From: Lama glama
Taxonomy: Eukaryota
Direction: 5' to 3'
DNA: 64,000 nucleotides
Assembly (NCBI GenBank): GCA_028534125.1
Contig: CM052816.1
Span: forward strand, 33,110,001 to 33,174,000
The notes under the pieces: generated by a model
The model's database searches: none
The model's input: the letters and a program-made list of their open reading frames with translations, nothing else
What the model was told of the DNA's origin: nothing
Made by a program: the position numbers and the translations under genes
In this document: positions 27,560 to 39,360 of the stretch, piece by piece
Layout: every line of letters begins with the position of its first letter
How positions within the stretch are numbered: the stretch's first letter is position 1

Positions 27560-28004
27560 TAACAGTAAGGTAGGAAGCCCCATGAAAAAGACGGCAAGAC
27601 CCCCAGGCAGGGCCACTATCCTCCTCCTGCCAGTGCCCTGGCCCAGCGGCATTATCTCACTTTTTAACTCTGAAACTGGCTTACTTCTAGGAAAGCTGAA
27701 CTTCTCCCTAAGATTCTATTGGTTCCCTAAGCTCACTCCTGATTGGTTCATCTCTATCACTCCTGATTGGTCCATTTTTTATACTTTATTTGCATATGAT
27801 GTTGCAAAATGTTGCAAAGTCTAGACTGCTAGCCTATAAAAGCTTGTGTAAACCTATAGACAGGGTCCAGAGCTTGGAGTGTTAACTCCTCTGGGCCCGC
27901 TGGCGTAATAAACCTGAGTTCTCCAACCCTCCGAGTGCTGCTTGGTCTCTCCCTTGGATCCAGGTTGCTGTCACAACTGAGCTGTAACACATTTTGCTGC
28001 AACA
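27560..28004 (+). mobile_element. ERV solo LTR with intact promoter motifs; 5' boundary uncertain
   Basis: Three ATTGG (CCAAT) boxes, octamer ATTTGCAT, TATAAAA (27835-27841), AATAAA (27907-27912), ends ...GCAACA. Confidence 0.8.
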
Positions 28005-28754
28005 ATAGGTCCTCACAGCAGCTGTAAAGATTCAGGCTTCTTTTAACGGCTGAATAAGTAAGGGCTCCTTGAGTTGCAAGTTTACAAGACAACGAGACAG
28101 TTAAAGGGAAAAAGTGAACCAACTCGCTTTTCATCTGTTCTACGTACACAGGGGTCTCTGGGCGCTTGAGGGCGCCGGGCAGTAACTTGTGCTTGTCTCC
28201 TGTGTCCCTCCCTGCACATCTCCTTCATCCCTCCTCGCTGCACACCAGCCCCTTCCCTGCTCACAGACCTCCAGAGTTAACAACGCCCCTGATGCCAAGA
28301 CAGACTAGAAGTAGGACATATTTCCATTTCCAAAAGGCCCAGGAGATGGGTCAAGTTTATAGGGCCAAGTGCAGTAGCATAAACAGAGTATGGGGTGGTG
28401 CCTCGGAAATGAGGAGAGGAGATCTAGATACAGAATGTTTTAATATCCACTTTGTCCTCCATAACATAGGTGGGGAGAACAAGCTATGTAAATTTAGGAG
28501 AGACAGTAAGCCTCCTTCCAAGAACAAGTCTTATTAGACTCTCACTCTGGAGCATCTCAAAAAACCCTGGCTCTCACGCCAAACTCCAGGAAAAACTGTG
28601 ATTCTTCGTTTCTCTTTGCTTCATTCCTTCTGCTGGAAGCCTGAAAAGTATCTACACTTTTGGGTCCCAGTTCAGGTCCCCACCGCCTCCACCTTCCATC
28701 TACATTTCTTTTTGCTTACTTCCCCTCCCTTTCCTCTTCCACCTTCTCATCACC

Positions 28755-28755
<1 letters not shown>

Positions 28756-28795
<40 letters not shown>
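28756..28795. repeat. (AC)20 microsatellite
   Basis: Perfect dinucleotide run. Confidence 0.97.
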
Positions 28796-28797
<2 letters not shown>

Positions 28798-30035
28798 CCT
28801 ACCACTACTGCTAGCACTGCAAAAGTATCACATCTCCTGAAAAAAAAAAGCCAACAGGTGGGGAGAAGGGGTTGGCGGTGCATTCAGATTAGATGTTCAT
28901 TCTCCCAAAGTGGGGCTTTTGTTTACCCAGCAACAGTCAATTACACCATTTGCAGACAGTTACCCAACGGGCAGAGCTTCTGATGAATGCAGCCAGAGAC
29001 AGCCCTGGGGAAATTCCCAGTATCTTCCATCTGGTTTCATTTGCATTCATTTGGGAGAGGAGTGGGCAGCAGAGGGAAGAGCACTACTCCCTCACATTCA
29101 AGGACATCTTGGCACTCTCAAAGCCTTTGTGCACACCTTGGTGCATTCGCAGTGGTTTCTAGCCTCCCAGCAAGGGAGCTGACTATCTCATACGGACAAA
29201 AAGCACCTAAGGCTCAAAGAGATCAGGGTCAAGTTCAAGTCAGCACACTAGGGAGTGGGATCCTGGCCTAGGATCTGGGTCACATTTTAAGCCCAGGGTA
29301 CTTCACTGATTTGTTTCCTTTTGTTTTTTAAATAAGGGCCTAAGTCACTGACCGGCTAGCAAGGGGGTTTGGGCCAAGAATAAATTGGGTCAGAGGATCC
29401 TGCACAGACTTGACTTGGCCAACAGCTAATTAAGAGAACTCGGCAATGACTGCATCATTACTCCATTTCAGCAGAACAGGTTGAGCGCTCCCTCTCTCTT
29501 TTCTTCCTACCCTCTCACCACAGGCCTTCTCCACACCTCAGCCCTCTGCACTTCCTTCTTTAACTCCACCCTAGAGACTCAGCTCTTGCGGGCTTAGCCA
29601 CTGACTCCACCAGCATGATCTCACAGAGGCTCTTCAGCTTGGCCATCCGCACTGATCCACCTGCACGGCCATCAACCCAAAAGTCATGGGGTCTCCATTC
29701 CATCCCCTTGCCCCTGAAACTTGCCTTCTCTTCAGCAAAATGGGCCACCAAAACCTCTAAGTTTACATAAAATGAACAGATAAATGTTCATACACAATAT
29801 CTGATCTTCAGAATAACTCTGGGAAGTAAAGCGGGCGGCACCATCATTCCACCTAACACGCTGATTGCCCACTGTGGATCGTGTGCCCTGAGGAAACACA
29901 ACTATCACCCAGATTTAGGTGACATGGCTGTCAGCGTGTTAACAGGTGAGGCACACCCACTCCACTCCATCCGGCTTCTTCCTGTCAGGGCCCCACTTCC
30001 CATCCACTCGGCAGCCAAATCAAAACCCATCTACC

Positions 30036-30225
30036 AGATAAACAGCAAGCCCCTACTGTACAGCACAGGGAACTATATTCAGTATCTTGTAATAACCTAT
30101 AATGGGAAAGAATCTGGAAAAATACATATATAACTGAATCACTGTGCTGTACACCAGAAGCACATTGTTAAGCAACTACAGTTTAAAAAACAAAAGTTCA
30201 TCTGGAAATAAAAAAAAAAAAACAA
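30036..30225 (+). mobile_element. L1 3'-end fragment with poly(A)
   Basis: agataaacagcaagcccctactgtacagcacagggaactatattcagtatcttgtaataacctataatgg...; TSD-like aaaacccatctac / aaaacccagccac. Confidence 0.85.
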
Positions 30226-30239
30226 AAAAACCCAGCCAC

Positions 30240-30548
30240 ATACTGAGACATGCTACCACATGGATGACCCTTGAGAACATCATACTAAGTGAAATAAGCT
30301 AATCACAGAAGGCCATTTAATATGTGATTTCCAGAATAGGCAAATCCTTCGCGGATTCATCGCTGCCTAGGGAGTGGGAAGGAATGGAGTGACTGCTAGT
30401 GGGGTTTCTTTCAGGGACGATGAAAATAGTCTAAAATTAGATTGTGGGGATGGTTACACATTCTTGTGAGTATACAAAAACCACTGGACTATACACATTA
30501 AAACAGGAGAATTTTTATCATGAGTATCTCAATAAAGCTATTAAAAAT
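30240..30548 (+). mobile_element. Old L1MB-like 3' UTR
   Basis: catgctaccacatggatgacccttgagaacatcatactaagtgaaataagc...tatctcaataaagct. Confidence 0.8.
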
Positions 30549-30566
30549 AACTTCTATACTTATATG

Positions 30567-30762
30567 TGCCAGGTCTTGGGGCTATGTACTCATGATCATC
30601 AATTAGTTCATTTCTTCCCTTTGGTGGCGGTTTTTAGCATCTGAAAAACTCAGGAAATATGCATGAGATATTATGATCTGGGTACCTCACAGAGGAGCTA
30701 GAGCAGAGGATGTGGGGGAGAGCCTGTCCCGGGAAGCCCACATAGGGTCCTGCTCAGTTACA
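30567..30762 (-). mobile_element. Truncated LTR (5' part of about 195 nt), same family as 7576-8035
   Basis: Reverse complement tgtaactgagcaggacc...atatttcctgagtttttcagatgct...accaaagggaagaaat aligns by eye to 7576-7760. Confidence 0.9.
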
Positions 30763-33574
30763 CACCTACTGTCTAATGTAACACTCCCCAAGTTGATGGC
30801 AAAAGAAAGCTTCTCAGTTTGAGAAGTGAGTTTTTCTCAAATCACCCATTATTCTTTGGTTATCTGGGAACGAGTTATAACTGGATTCTAGGATGGTTCC
30901 AAACACTGGGTTGAAGGGGAAAGAAACATCAGCTGAGACGGACCAGCTTAGAGAAGCCAACAATTCTACCCACCGCTATCCTGATCGGTTAGTACTGAAC
31001 ACAAGGACGGGACTATTAACACTGACTGGTGTTATCTGTAAGGAACAGACTTTTTTCTCAAAGATGAGAAAGAAGGTGGAGATGAAGCAAAGGGCACTGA
31101 AGGGACAGACAGAGAATGGCAGCAAAACTTAGAAGCAGTGAAGGAGCAATGGAAACAGCAGGGCTAGGGTGGGCGAGCACTTGACAGAGAAGACAGGGAT
31201 GAGGAAACAAAAGACAGACCAGCTCCACATGCTGGAGGCAGAAGGGCACATACTAATTCTCTGCCTACAAAACCCGTGTCACACCAGCAGGCCAGTTCCC
31301 CTCCTGGAGTCAGCTCTACAGTTTCTCTCCAGGTGGGGACAGGGCCCTTTGACTCCCACAGGCCCTACTACGGGGAACCAGAGGCCAGTGAACTCTCTGC
31401 CATAAGCTTTTGTCAAAGAAAACCTGAAGGATGAAGAACGCTTATGTGGCTACACTCCTCCCTCTCCCATTTTACTACCGCAGTGATAACACATCAAAAA
31501 AGCACTTCCTTCATACCTTTAGAATAATACGGCTTTTTTTTTTCACATTGACAATGAAACAAATTATTAAATTGTGGTAGCTTTCTAAATCTGATTAATG
31601 TTACTCAGGGACTCCCACAAACTACTTGCCATTTACCACACTTGTTAATTAGGAGCTGTAACATCTTTATCTTCCTCAGCCTACAGTCCCAGGCCCAGAG
31701 TGGAGCTTGACTAAAAGCAGGACTCCTGGCTAATACCGTTAATGAGTTTAGCACTGCCAAAATGTCAATGGTTTTTCATTTGGTCAGAAAGGGCCTAATT
31801 TATCTAGTTCAGCTGCCCTCGGTAATTTTCATGGAAATGTCAGAGCAGCAATCAGGAGAAACGAATGGCAATAAAGATGATTACTAGAAGGGTAGCAAGA
31901 ATACCCCACTGACAGATGGCTTTTCTTTTTTACCACGGCAAGATTCAGGTCAGAGATAAGGCAACAGCACAGAGCCCAGTACTAAAGCAGGCCCACATAT
32001 TGTGTCTGACGTACAATTACATTTTGAAATTCTGAAACATGTAAGATATAAGGAGTCTTCACTGTAGGAGGAAGAGCGCTAAAAAAAAAAAAATACTCCG
32101 GGGGAGAGGTGGGACGAGCTGTTTAACAAAATTTGCTTCCATTCATGACAAATTTTATGGCGCTAAATAAGGGCTCCTGAAGGAGCTGGATCTAGATTGT
32201 GTTCAGCACTTCTGCACGAAAAGAACTTGCTTATGACTTATTCAAGGCAAAATAAAAATAGATCCCTTCTTTGGCAACTTCAACTTATGCCTTGCTACAT
32301 AAGCGTAAGTAGTAACGAGTGTAATCATTCTAAGAGTCAGCAACGGATAACCTGTTCACCTTCAGGTCATGGGTTTAAGGATGACCAAATGTGGGAGGCA
32401 CTCACTTAAGCTCAGTGCAACAGCATTGGGGGAGAAAGCCCACGCATGTGTGTGGATTTGGGGGGCTGCACTCGGCCTTTCACTGCCAGAATTCCAAAAT
32501 TTACTATGGAGACACATCCAGGGCACTCAAATTATTATGAAAAAGGAAAGGCAAAATGAAGAATAAAGAAAATCAAGCACTCAGCCTGGTTGCCAACAGC
32601 TGACCTCATAAGGAATAAAAATCCCAGGCTTTCACAACGTCAATAGGTTATCCTCTTTGCACCCACCTCAGTCTCTCCCCACTCCCTTTATCCCCCCTAC
32701 TGGGATAGAGAAATGCTTCCTGTTTTCTGTATCTTTTCAACTTACTAGAGGAAGGAGAGTATCTGGTAACAAGGCCTCTGCTTAGAAAGTTGAGAAATGG
32801 AAATTCCACACAACCTGAGTTGCATCTCTAACTTCCACCCATGTTAACTTCCAAATAGCCCCGTATACCTTTGCTCTTTAAAGGTGTTAATAGGTGTTAA
32901 AAACCTCTGACAGAAAGGAAACGATTTCATTTTCCCACTTAAATTTCCCTGCAAAAAAACAAATATACAAATAAGAAATTGGCACATATGGGCTTAATTT
33001 AATCTCTCCTTGAGGAAAATTCATAGTTTGCTAAGGATAAAAATATTTGCATCATTAAATTTTCTGTCAATGAGTCTAGCTTAACTAAGCAGATTAACCA
33101 AGTCATTGACTGCAGCAGTGCTACTTAGAACCGGACCCTTAAATGATCACGTATGTTTACTTTAAGATAATGGAAATATTTTTATCTAGGGGGCCTTTGT
33201 TTACATTTCCAAGCACGGACCCAAGCAAATAATGCTGCTGATTCAGATGCTCTGGATTCCCAGGGCCACAAGAAACGTCCTGCTTTTTCTTGATTCAGTT
33301 TCCCCACCACTAACAATGGCATGGTTATCTCTTCTACCAACTACCCAGAACATCAGATTCACTAATTATTAAGTAAGTGCTAAGCACTGTGTACACAGTG
33401 AAGGTCTCCAGATTCATATCTTAAACAGAAGACAGACAAAAACACAGGCAAGAGACTTAGCTTATAAAGAAAAGAGAAAAAGGTTTCTTATGATCAGTCA
33501 GCCGTACTTTAGTAAAAACTTTCCTACAGTGAAACTAGAAGCAAAATTTAGTATCAACATCAGAAATAAGGAAT

Positions 33575-33672
33575 AAGGTGACCGATCACCCCAGTATGTT
33601 CAGAACTATAGAGGTTTTTGCACTGAAATTCCTGGTTAAACAGAGAGAAAGACAGGGAAAGATGGGTTACCT
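33575..33672. mobile_element. MER81-like hAT-Blackjack MITE
   Basis: Inverted termini aaggtgacc...ggttacctt and internal gtttttgcactgaaa. Confidence 0.55.
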
Positions 33673-33864
33673 TAACAGAAACTCAAATGAGTAAGAATAT
33701 TTGCATAATCAAAGATGACTGATCAACTTAAATACAGTTACTTTAAACTCAGTTCTCTGCATTAAAAACTGGAGCTTGACTACCTTTAGCTTGTATACAT
33801 TTTATCCTTTTCTTAATTTTTTTTTTCAGTTTCACAAAAAAAAAAACTGGTAAAGATTCAGTTA

Positions 33865-33990
33865 TCTGAGGCTCTACCACTTACTCTGTGACCTTGGGTA
33901 AGTTATTTAACTTCTCTTTCTCAAGTTCTCCATCATGCCAGGCACCCAGTAAGCACCCAAATGTAAGCCAGCAATGTCATTTCTATTAAA
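33865..33990 (+). mobile_element. MIR fragment
   Basis: ggctctaccacttactctgtgaccttgggtaagttatttaacttctct. Confidence 0.75.
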
Positions 33991-36900
33991 TACTGTAAGT
34001 CTATTGGTTAACACCTTATTTTTTTATTGGTGATTTTAAAATTTCACCCATCATCTCTATAAATACAATATATTTTCCTTCTTTTTTTAAATTTCAAAAA
34101 GAGCTTACCAAAAAAAGAAAAAAAAGCCTACAAATAGGATCATGTTGAAATACTCTCCTTAATTCCTCCCCCTTTTTTCCTGGTAGACCTACATAAAAAA
34201 CAAAGAAGTAATTTCATTTCCTTCTTCAATTTAAAATCAGGCTCTACCATACTCATTTTAGCATAACCAAGTGTTAGAAAACCTTTAATAACAAAATATC
34301 ATTATTTCTCTCTCGGTAATTTCTAATTACCAGGATACTCCTGTCCATGTTAGGATGTTTCCTTTTCCAATCACTAACCTAGAAAGAGGAATAAGCTTAT
34401 TAGAATTCTAACAACACCAGTAACAAAATATAATTAGCTTCTTGGAATTTATGAGCCTTTTCTTTCAACAAAATACAGTAATTATTCTTTTAAAAATGAA
34501 TATGATAATGCATGGATTGCAGAGAAACACTCCAGCGAATGAATTAAGGGACATCACTCCCTTATCGTATCTGAGTAGGTTCCTTTTACTTTGTTGTCCT
34601 TTATTCATTTGAATTTTCAATCTCAAGCTAATAAAACCACGAACTATCAAGTGGGTGGGCAGCACAGAAATCACAAAAATGTAATAATGTTGACAAGGTG
34701 GCTGCTGAATCTTGGGGCTTCCAGCCACAGGGGCTGTAGGCACAGAGCAAGGGACACTTTAAAGCAGTCACTATTTCACTAATGTTCATTAATGGAGAGA
34801 ACTATCAGGCCTATGATAATAGGAAAATGTAAAAACCTCTTAATCTACCGTATTTATCAGAATAGTACCCAAGGGGCTGAGAGTGACACTGGACAAATTT
34901 TTGGAGGAGAATGAGAATTGCAGCATTTCCTTCAAGGCAGGAAATTGACTCATTACCAATTACTGAATCAATGCATAGCTCCTAGGAAACGGTAGGAATG
35001 TGTGAATATCTGTCCTTTTCCCCTTCTGGCAAAGTGCCACTATCAGCTACAGCACGTTATATCAGGGGGTCAGAGGTTCCCACCTTCCTCAGGGTTTTCT
35101 GTAAGCCTCCTGCCCTTGCAAAGCGCTGTAGATGAGCGATGAGATCTCAGGAAGTTTACATGAAGCGGAGTCGGGGATTCTGTGCTCTACTCTGAGTCAT
35201 GCCCTCAACATGGAGGGTCTTTGTCAATTGGGTCTTTCTGATTTTCTCACCCTGCATTAGGTATTTTAGACGAACAGCAGAAGAGTACATGAAGTACCAG
35301 CCACTTCCAGCCACTGGAGGTACTTACAAAGCCCGTAGGGGAGGATAAAGTGTGAGAAACAGGACGAGGCCACATTTTAGAGCACTTAACGTGCGATCGC
35401 AAAAACTAAATGCAATAGGATTTTTAGAAACAAGGGATGAGAGTAGGCATGTGGTGGCGCCAAGCAGAGTCAGCTGGACCAAGGAAGGGCGTTTTCGTGA
35501 TTAAACTGGATTAAGTAGAGAAATGCAAATAACACTCTGCAAATAGGCATGGTAATAAAGATCAGGAATCTCCTCAACCATAGTAAACTGGATAATGGAA
35601 GGAACACTGAGTCATATGAAGGGTGGACAGGTTAAAAAGTCCTTCCTCCCTGAGACATGCTGTTTCCTGTTGCCTTCCTTCATCCTCCCAGTTCTGCGGA
35701 TCACGTTATGCTCCTAAATTCCACTCCTAATTATGGGCTGTCCTCAGGGTTTATATGTACCACTGACATGCAGAGGAAGAGAGGGTTCCACCTCTGCACA
35801 GAGAAACGCCAGTTTCTCCAGCTCACACGAATTGCTGAACATTGTACGTCCACTGGCTATGTGAGGCAGGGTGGAGGACTTCCAGAAGGTCACTGCCCAG
35901 GACCACCTCGGGACTTAGTTCAATCATGCTGTTAGACACCACCTACTTCCTGCGATAGCCTCGATACTGGTCATGATGTGAATTGTAAATTAGAGTGGAG
36001 CATAAATTACATTCTGGGCATTAGAAGCTGGTCAGTTCCTTCCTCCACTGTGCTAAGAGTGGTGTAATTCTTAGCAAACCAGTTTCTTTCTATGAAAGTG
36101 GGAAGCTAGTAGAGAAGCATCTACACTAAGCTGGGATGATTTAATCTTGACTAAAGACACGTTTGAAGGCTAATGAAACGGAGGCATACCAGCACTCTAA
36201 CAGCTATTTCCAATCATTCAATTAGCCAAGTTTCCACTACAATCCTAGGAGGCTATGGAAATCCTACTAGGCTATGGAAATCACCCAGTATGAAGGCGTT
36301 CGTCATCCAAGTTTCCACCATCAACTCTTTTCATAAATACTCCTTTTTGAAAGAATGTTATACCTTATGAATCAGAAAATACTTTTGCATTCAATGACAT
36401 TTCTGGGGGAGAAACCAGGCTCTGACACCTCCCTGCCCGCTGCCTGTATTCGCAGCTCGGCTTTCAGCCCGCCAGAGAAACTGGGGGACCGGGGCAGTGG
36501 GTGCAGTGGAAAGCAAGATGTCACTCACACAGCCTGCGGCCTTCCCCACACTTTCTGAAAGCAGCAAAGACCTACAGCCATCCTAGCAACCAAAGCCTCC
36601 GCCGGTAAGTCACCCAGGGCGGACTACTGGATTAACGCGCTCCTTAAAAGAAAAATGAAATCAACAAACCAAAGACACCCGGAAGCTGCAAGCGGGCCCT
36701 CCTCCATTCTGCTAAAATAGCTACTCTGATTCCAAGAGCTAAATTGATGACATGGCACAGTTTGCCAAGCCAGTAGGTTAAATGTTACTCTAGATTAGCA
36801 TTCCGTTCATATCCACTTTAAACAAAAATTATATAAAGCCTTTAACTGTAGACTTGTATTTGCAACACAGTTCAATTTAGAGATTTCCAAGTAATAATTT

Positions 36901-38394
36901 GGTTGTTATTTATAGGAAGTCATCATTAAAACAGATAAATACCAGCAATTCATAATGGTCACACTTGGCCTGAAAATAAAATTCAGCAGCTCCTGTGATT
37001 AAAAAGGACTCTGCCAGGCCCCAGGGAGTAAGCTTCCTAAAACTAGACTGGTTCATAGAAGACTTTGCAAAAACAGGTTAATATGAGATCATGCAGAGAC
37101 ATCAACATACATATAAGAAAGGAGTAATACATTATTCAGGTTAAGGTGAAATATCCTTTTTAAAAACATCATTCTAAAATTCACCTCAGTTGGTGGTTTA
37201 AAAAAAAAAAAAAAGGCAGGTTAACTCACCTCCCCTCCATCTCCCACACTCCCATAGATCAGAATGTCAAGGCCACAGGAGGCACAGTTACTCCAGCCCC
37301 AAAGGGTAACCAGCACAAACGCGCAGCAGCCATGCTGGTCTGACTCCCTTCCAGGTGCTGCCCTCTTCGCCATTTTAAAGGCATTCTTAAATAAGCAACA
37401 GGTGGAGGACTATATAAGCGAGCCAAGGTAGGACAGCAGGTGGTCCCAATTTATTTTCGCCTATTTGGTGTGTGTGTGTTTAATCAGTCTTTTCAGTCTC
37501 CGGATTATTTTACGAAGACCACCCCCAAGGCTTCAAGGTACCCTTGTTTTTCCTTCTTCAACATCAGACACCAACCCTGCATAATACATTGCTCAGCGTC
37601 TTCAATTACACACATTTTTCTTCCTCTCCTTCTCCCTCCTCTCCCTTTTCCCATCTGCCCTAAATACATAACACAAAGTTATATAGGGGCATTATTTACA
37701 TGAACCAAGACTGGAAACCTAAATATTTATCCAATTGCTATTACAGTATAAAAGATGGATTATTAAAGTTATTAAAACTCAAGTCCTTTATAAGAAAACA
37801 TCAAGGAAAACTTGAGGCAAGTAGAATACTGTAAAACCCAAGAATAATCCCTTTAAAGAAATATCAATAACTAAAAGAAACAAAGCAAATTGTTACACAA
37901 CAGTATAATTACAAGATTTTTTTTACCCATTTATTTTCCAGATGTTGTATGTACATGCATTACTTCTATGATCATACCTACATATCCCTTACTCCTTACC
38001 CTGTCCTTTCTTAAGGAGGAATCAAAGGTAGAAATGCTCATGTGAAGTGATGAACTAATCGGATTTTTCTTAAAAATGTTTTAAATGTGACTTAAAAAGC
38101 ACAACTTGTTTCGGTTATAATGGCAGGTTCTGAGCCATAAACGTATGTGTGTGGATTATACACACATAAAATGCCAGGAGGCAAAGACTGCAATCTTTGA
38201 TCTGCACTGGAGTATGCACAGCACCATATGGTCGCTTCACGCTCCTTATTTGTGTGGCCCATGAGTAGGCCTCCACTGAGAGGCTGGAAAGGACTACATT
38301 AGCTGTCAGCTCATCTGCCCTCTAAGTGAATAGCCATGAAGACCAAAGGTGCCCAAACGGATCACTTTCTGAGCCTTGTTAGTCCACAGCGACT

Positions 38395-39360
38395 GGTAGC
38401 ACATTTCCACTTAGATGACCAACAGGCATCTCAAACCCAGCATGCCAAAGTCCAGACTCATCGTTCCCCACAAACTGGATTGTACGTGGCATCTCCAGTC
38501 TCTCACATCAGCATGATCCTCTCAGAAACCTGGATATCACACCCCCAATGCCTCTCCTTCCCAGCAACCTATCAACCCACCCACCAATCCCAGGTCTTAT
38601 AGTTCTAGAGATCATGACTACACAGTCCAAGAAGGCTGCAGGCACTGTGCAAACAGCAGGGACTTCTGGAATCAGATCGAAGTTTAAACTTGGCCCTGCC
38701 ACCCACTAGATGACCTTGGGCAAGACCGTTAATCTGCCTGGGCTTCCAAACGTCCCTAAAGCTAGGACCTATGTCATGGGACTGTTGCGAGGTTTAAATA
38801 AAGTCATACATTCAAAAGGGAATGTTGAGGGCCGGGTGCTATCCAATGGTGAACAACAGGCACTCTGGTAGGAAATACAAGTCCGCAGGCCTGTACAGGG
38901 TATTAAGTGCTGTAGTGCAGAAATACCCAATGCTACGGGAGCACAGGGGAGAGGATGGAATCTAGACCAGAGTGGGACTGTCGGGGAAGCTTTTCAAAGG
39001 GACTAACACTTTAAGTCCTATGAGATGGACAGGAGGTACATAAGCAAAGGTGGAGGATACGGATAGTGCACTAGTGGAGGAACAGCAAATGTGAAATTCT
39101 AAGGTCAAGAGACAACCAGGCACCTTGAAGGTATTGTACATAGTTGAGCTGGCTGGAGACTAGAATGTGAGGGTGAGAAGTCACCAGACAGTGGGGAGGG
39201 AAACTGCTCAGTGGTAGAGTGCATGCTTAAAATGCGAAGGTCCTGGGTTCAATCCCCAGCACCTCCATTTAAAAAAAAAAAAAAGTGACAGACATAGCTG
39301 GACAGTTCAACAAGGGCTAAGGGGTTGGGGACCCTGAAATAAAGGATTTTATGCAGGTAA
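38395..39360. mobile_element. Cluster of L2 (+), MIR (+) and L2 (-) fragments
   Basis: L2 caggcatctcaaacccagcatgccaaa; MIR ctgccacccactagatgaccttgggcaag; antisense L2 ggaggaacagcaaatgtgaaa. Confidence 0.65.
39193..39284 (+). mobile_element. Camelid tRNA-Ala-derived SINE (short-tail form)
   Basis: ggggaggg...gctcagtggtagagtgcatgctt...ggtcctgggttcaatccccagcacctcca plus poly(A). TSD-like aagtcaccagaca / aagtgacagaca. Confidence 0.9.

Noticed and set aside
36250..36282. aggctatggaaatc repeated twice with 19-bp period
   Set aside because: Simple slippage duplication with only two copies; no array or spacer structure.
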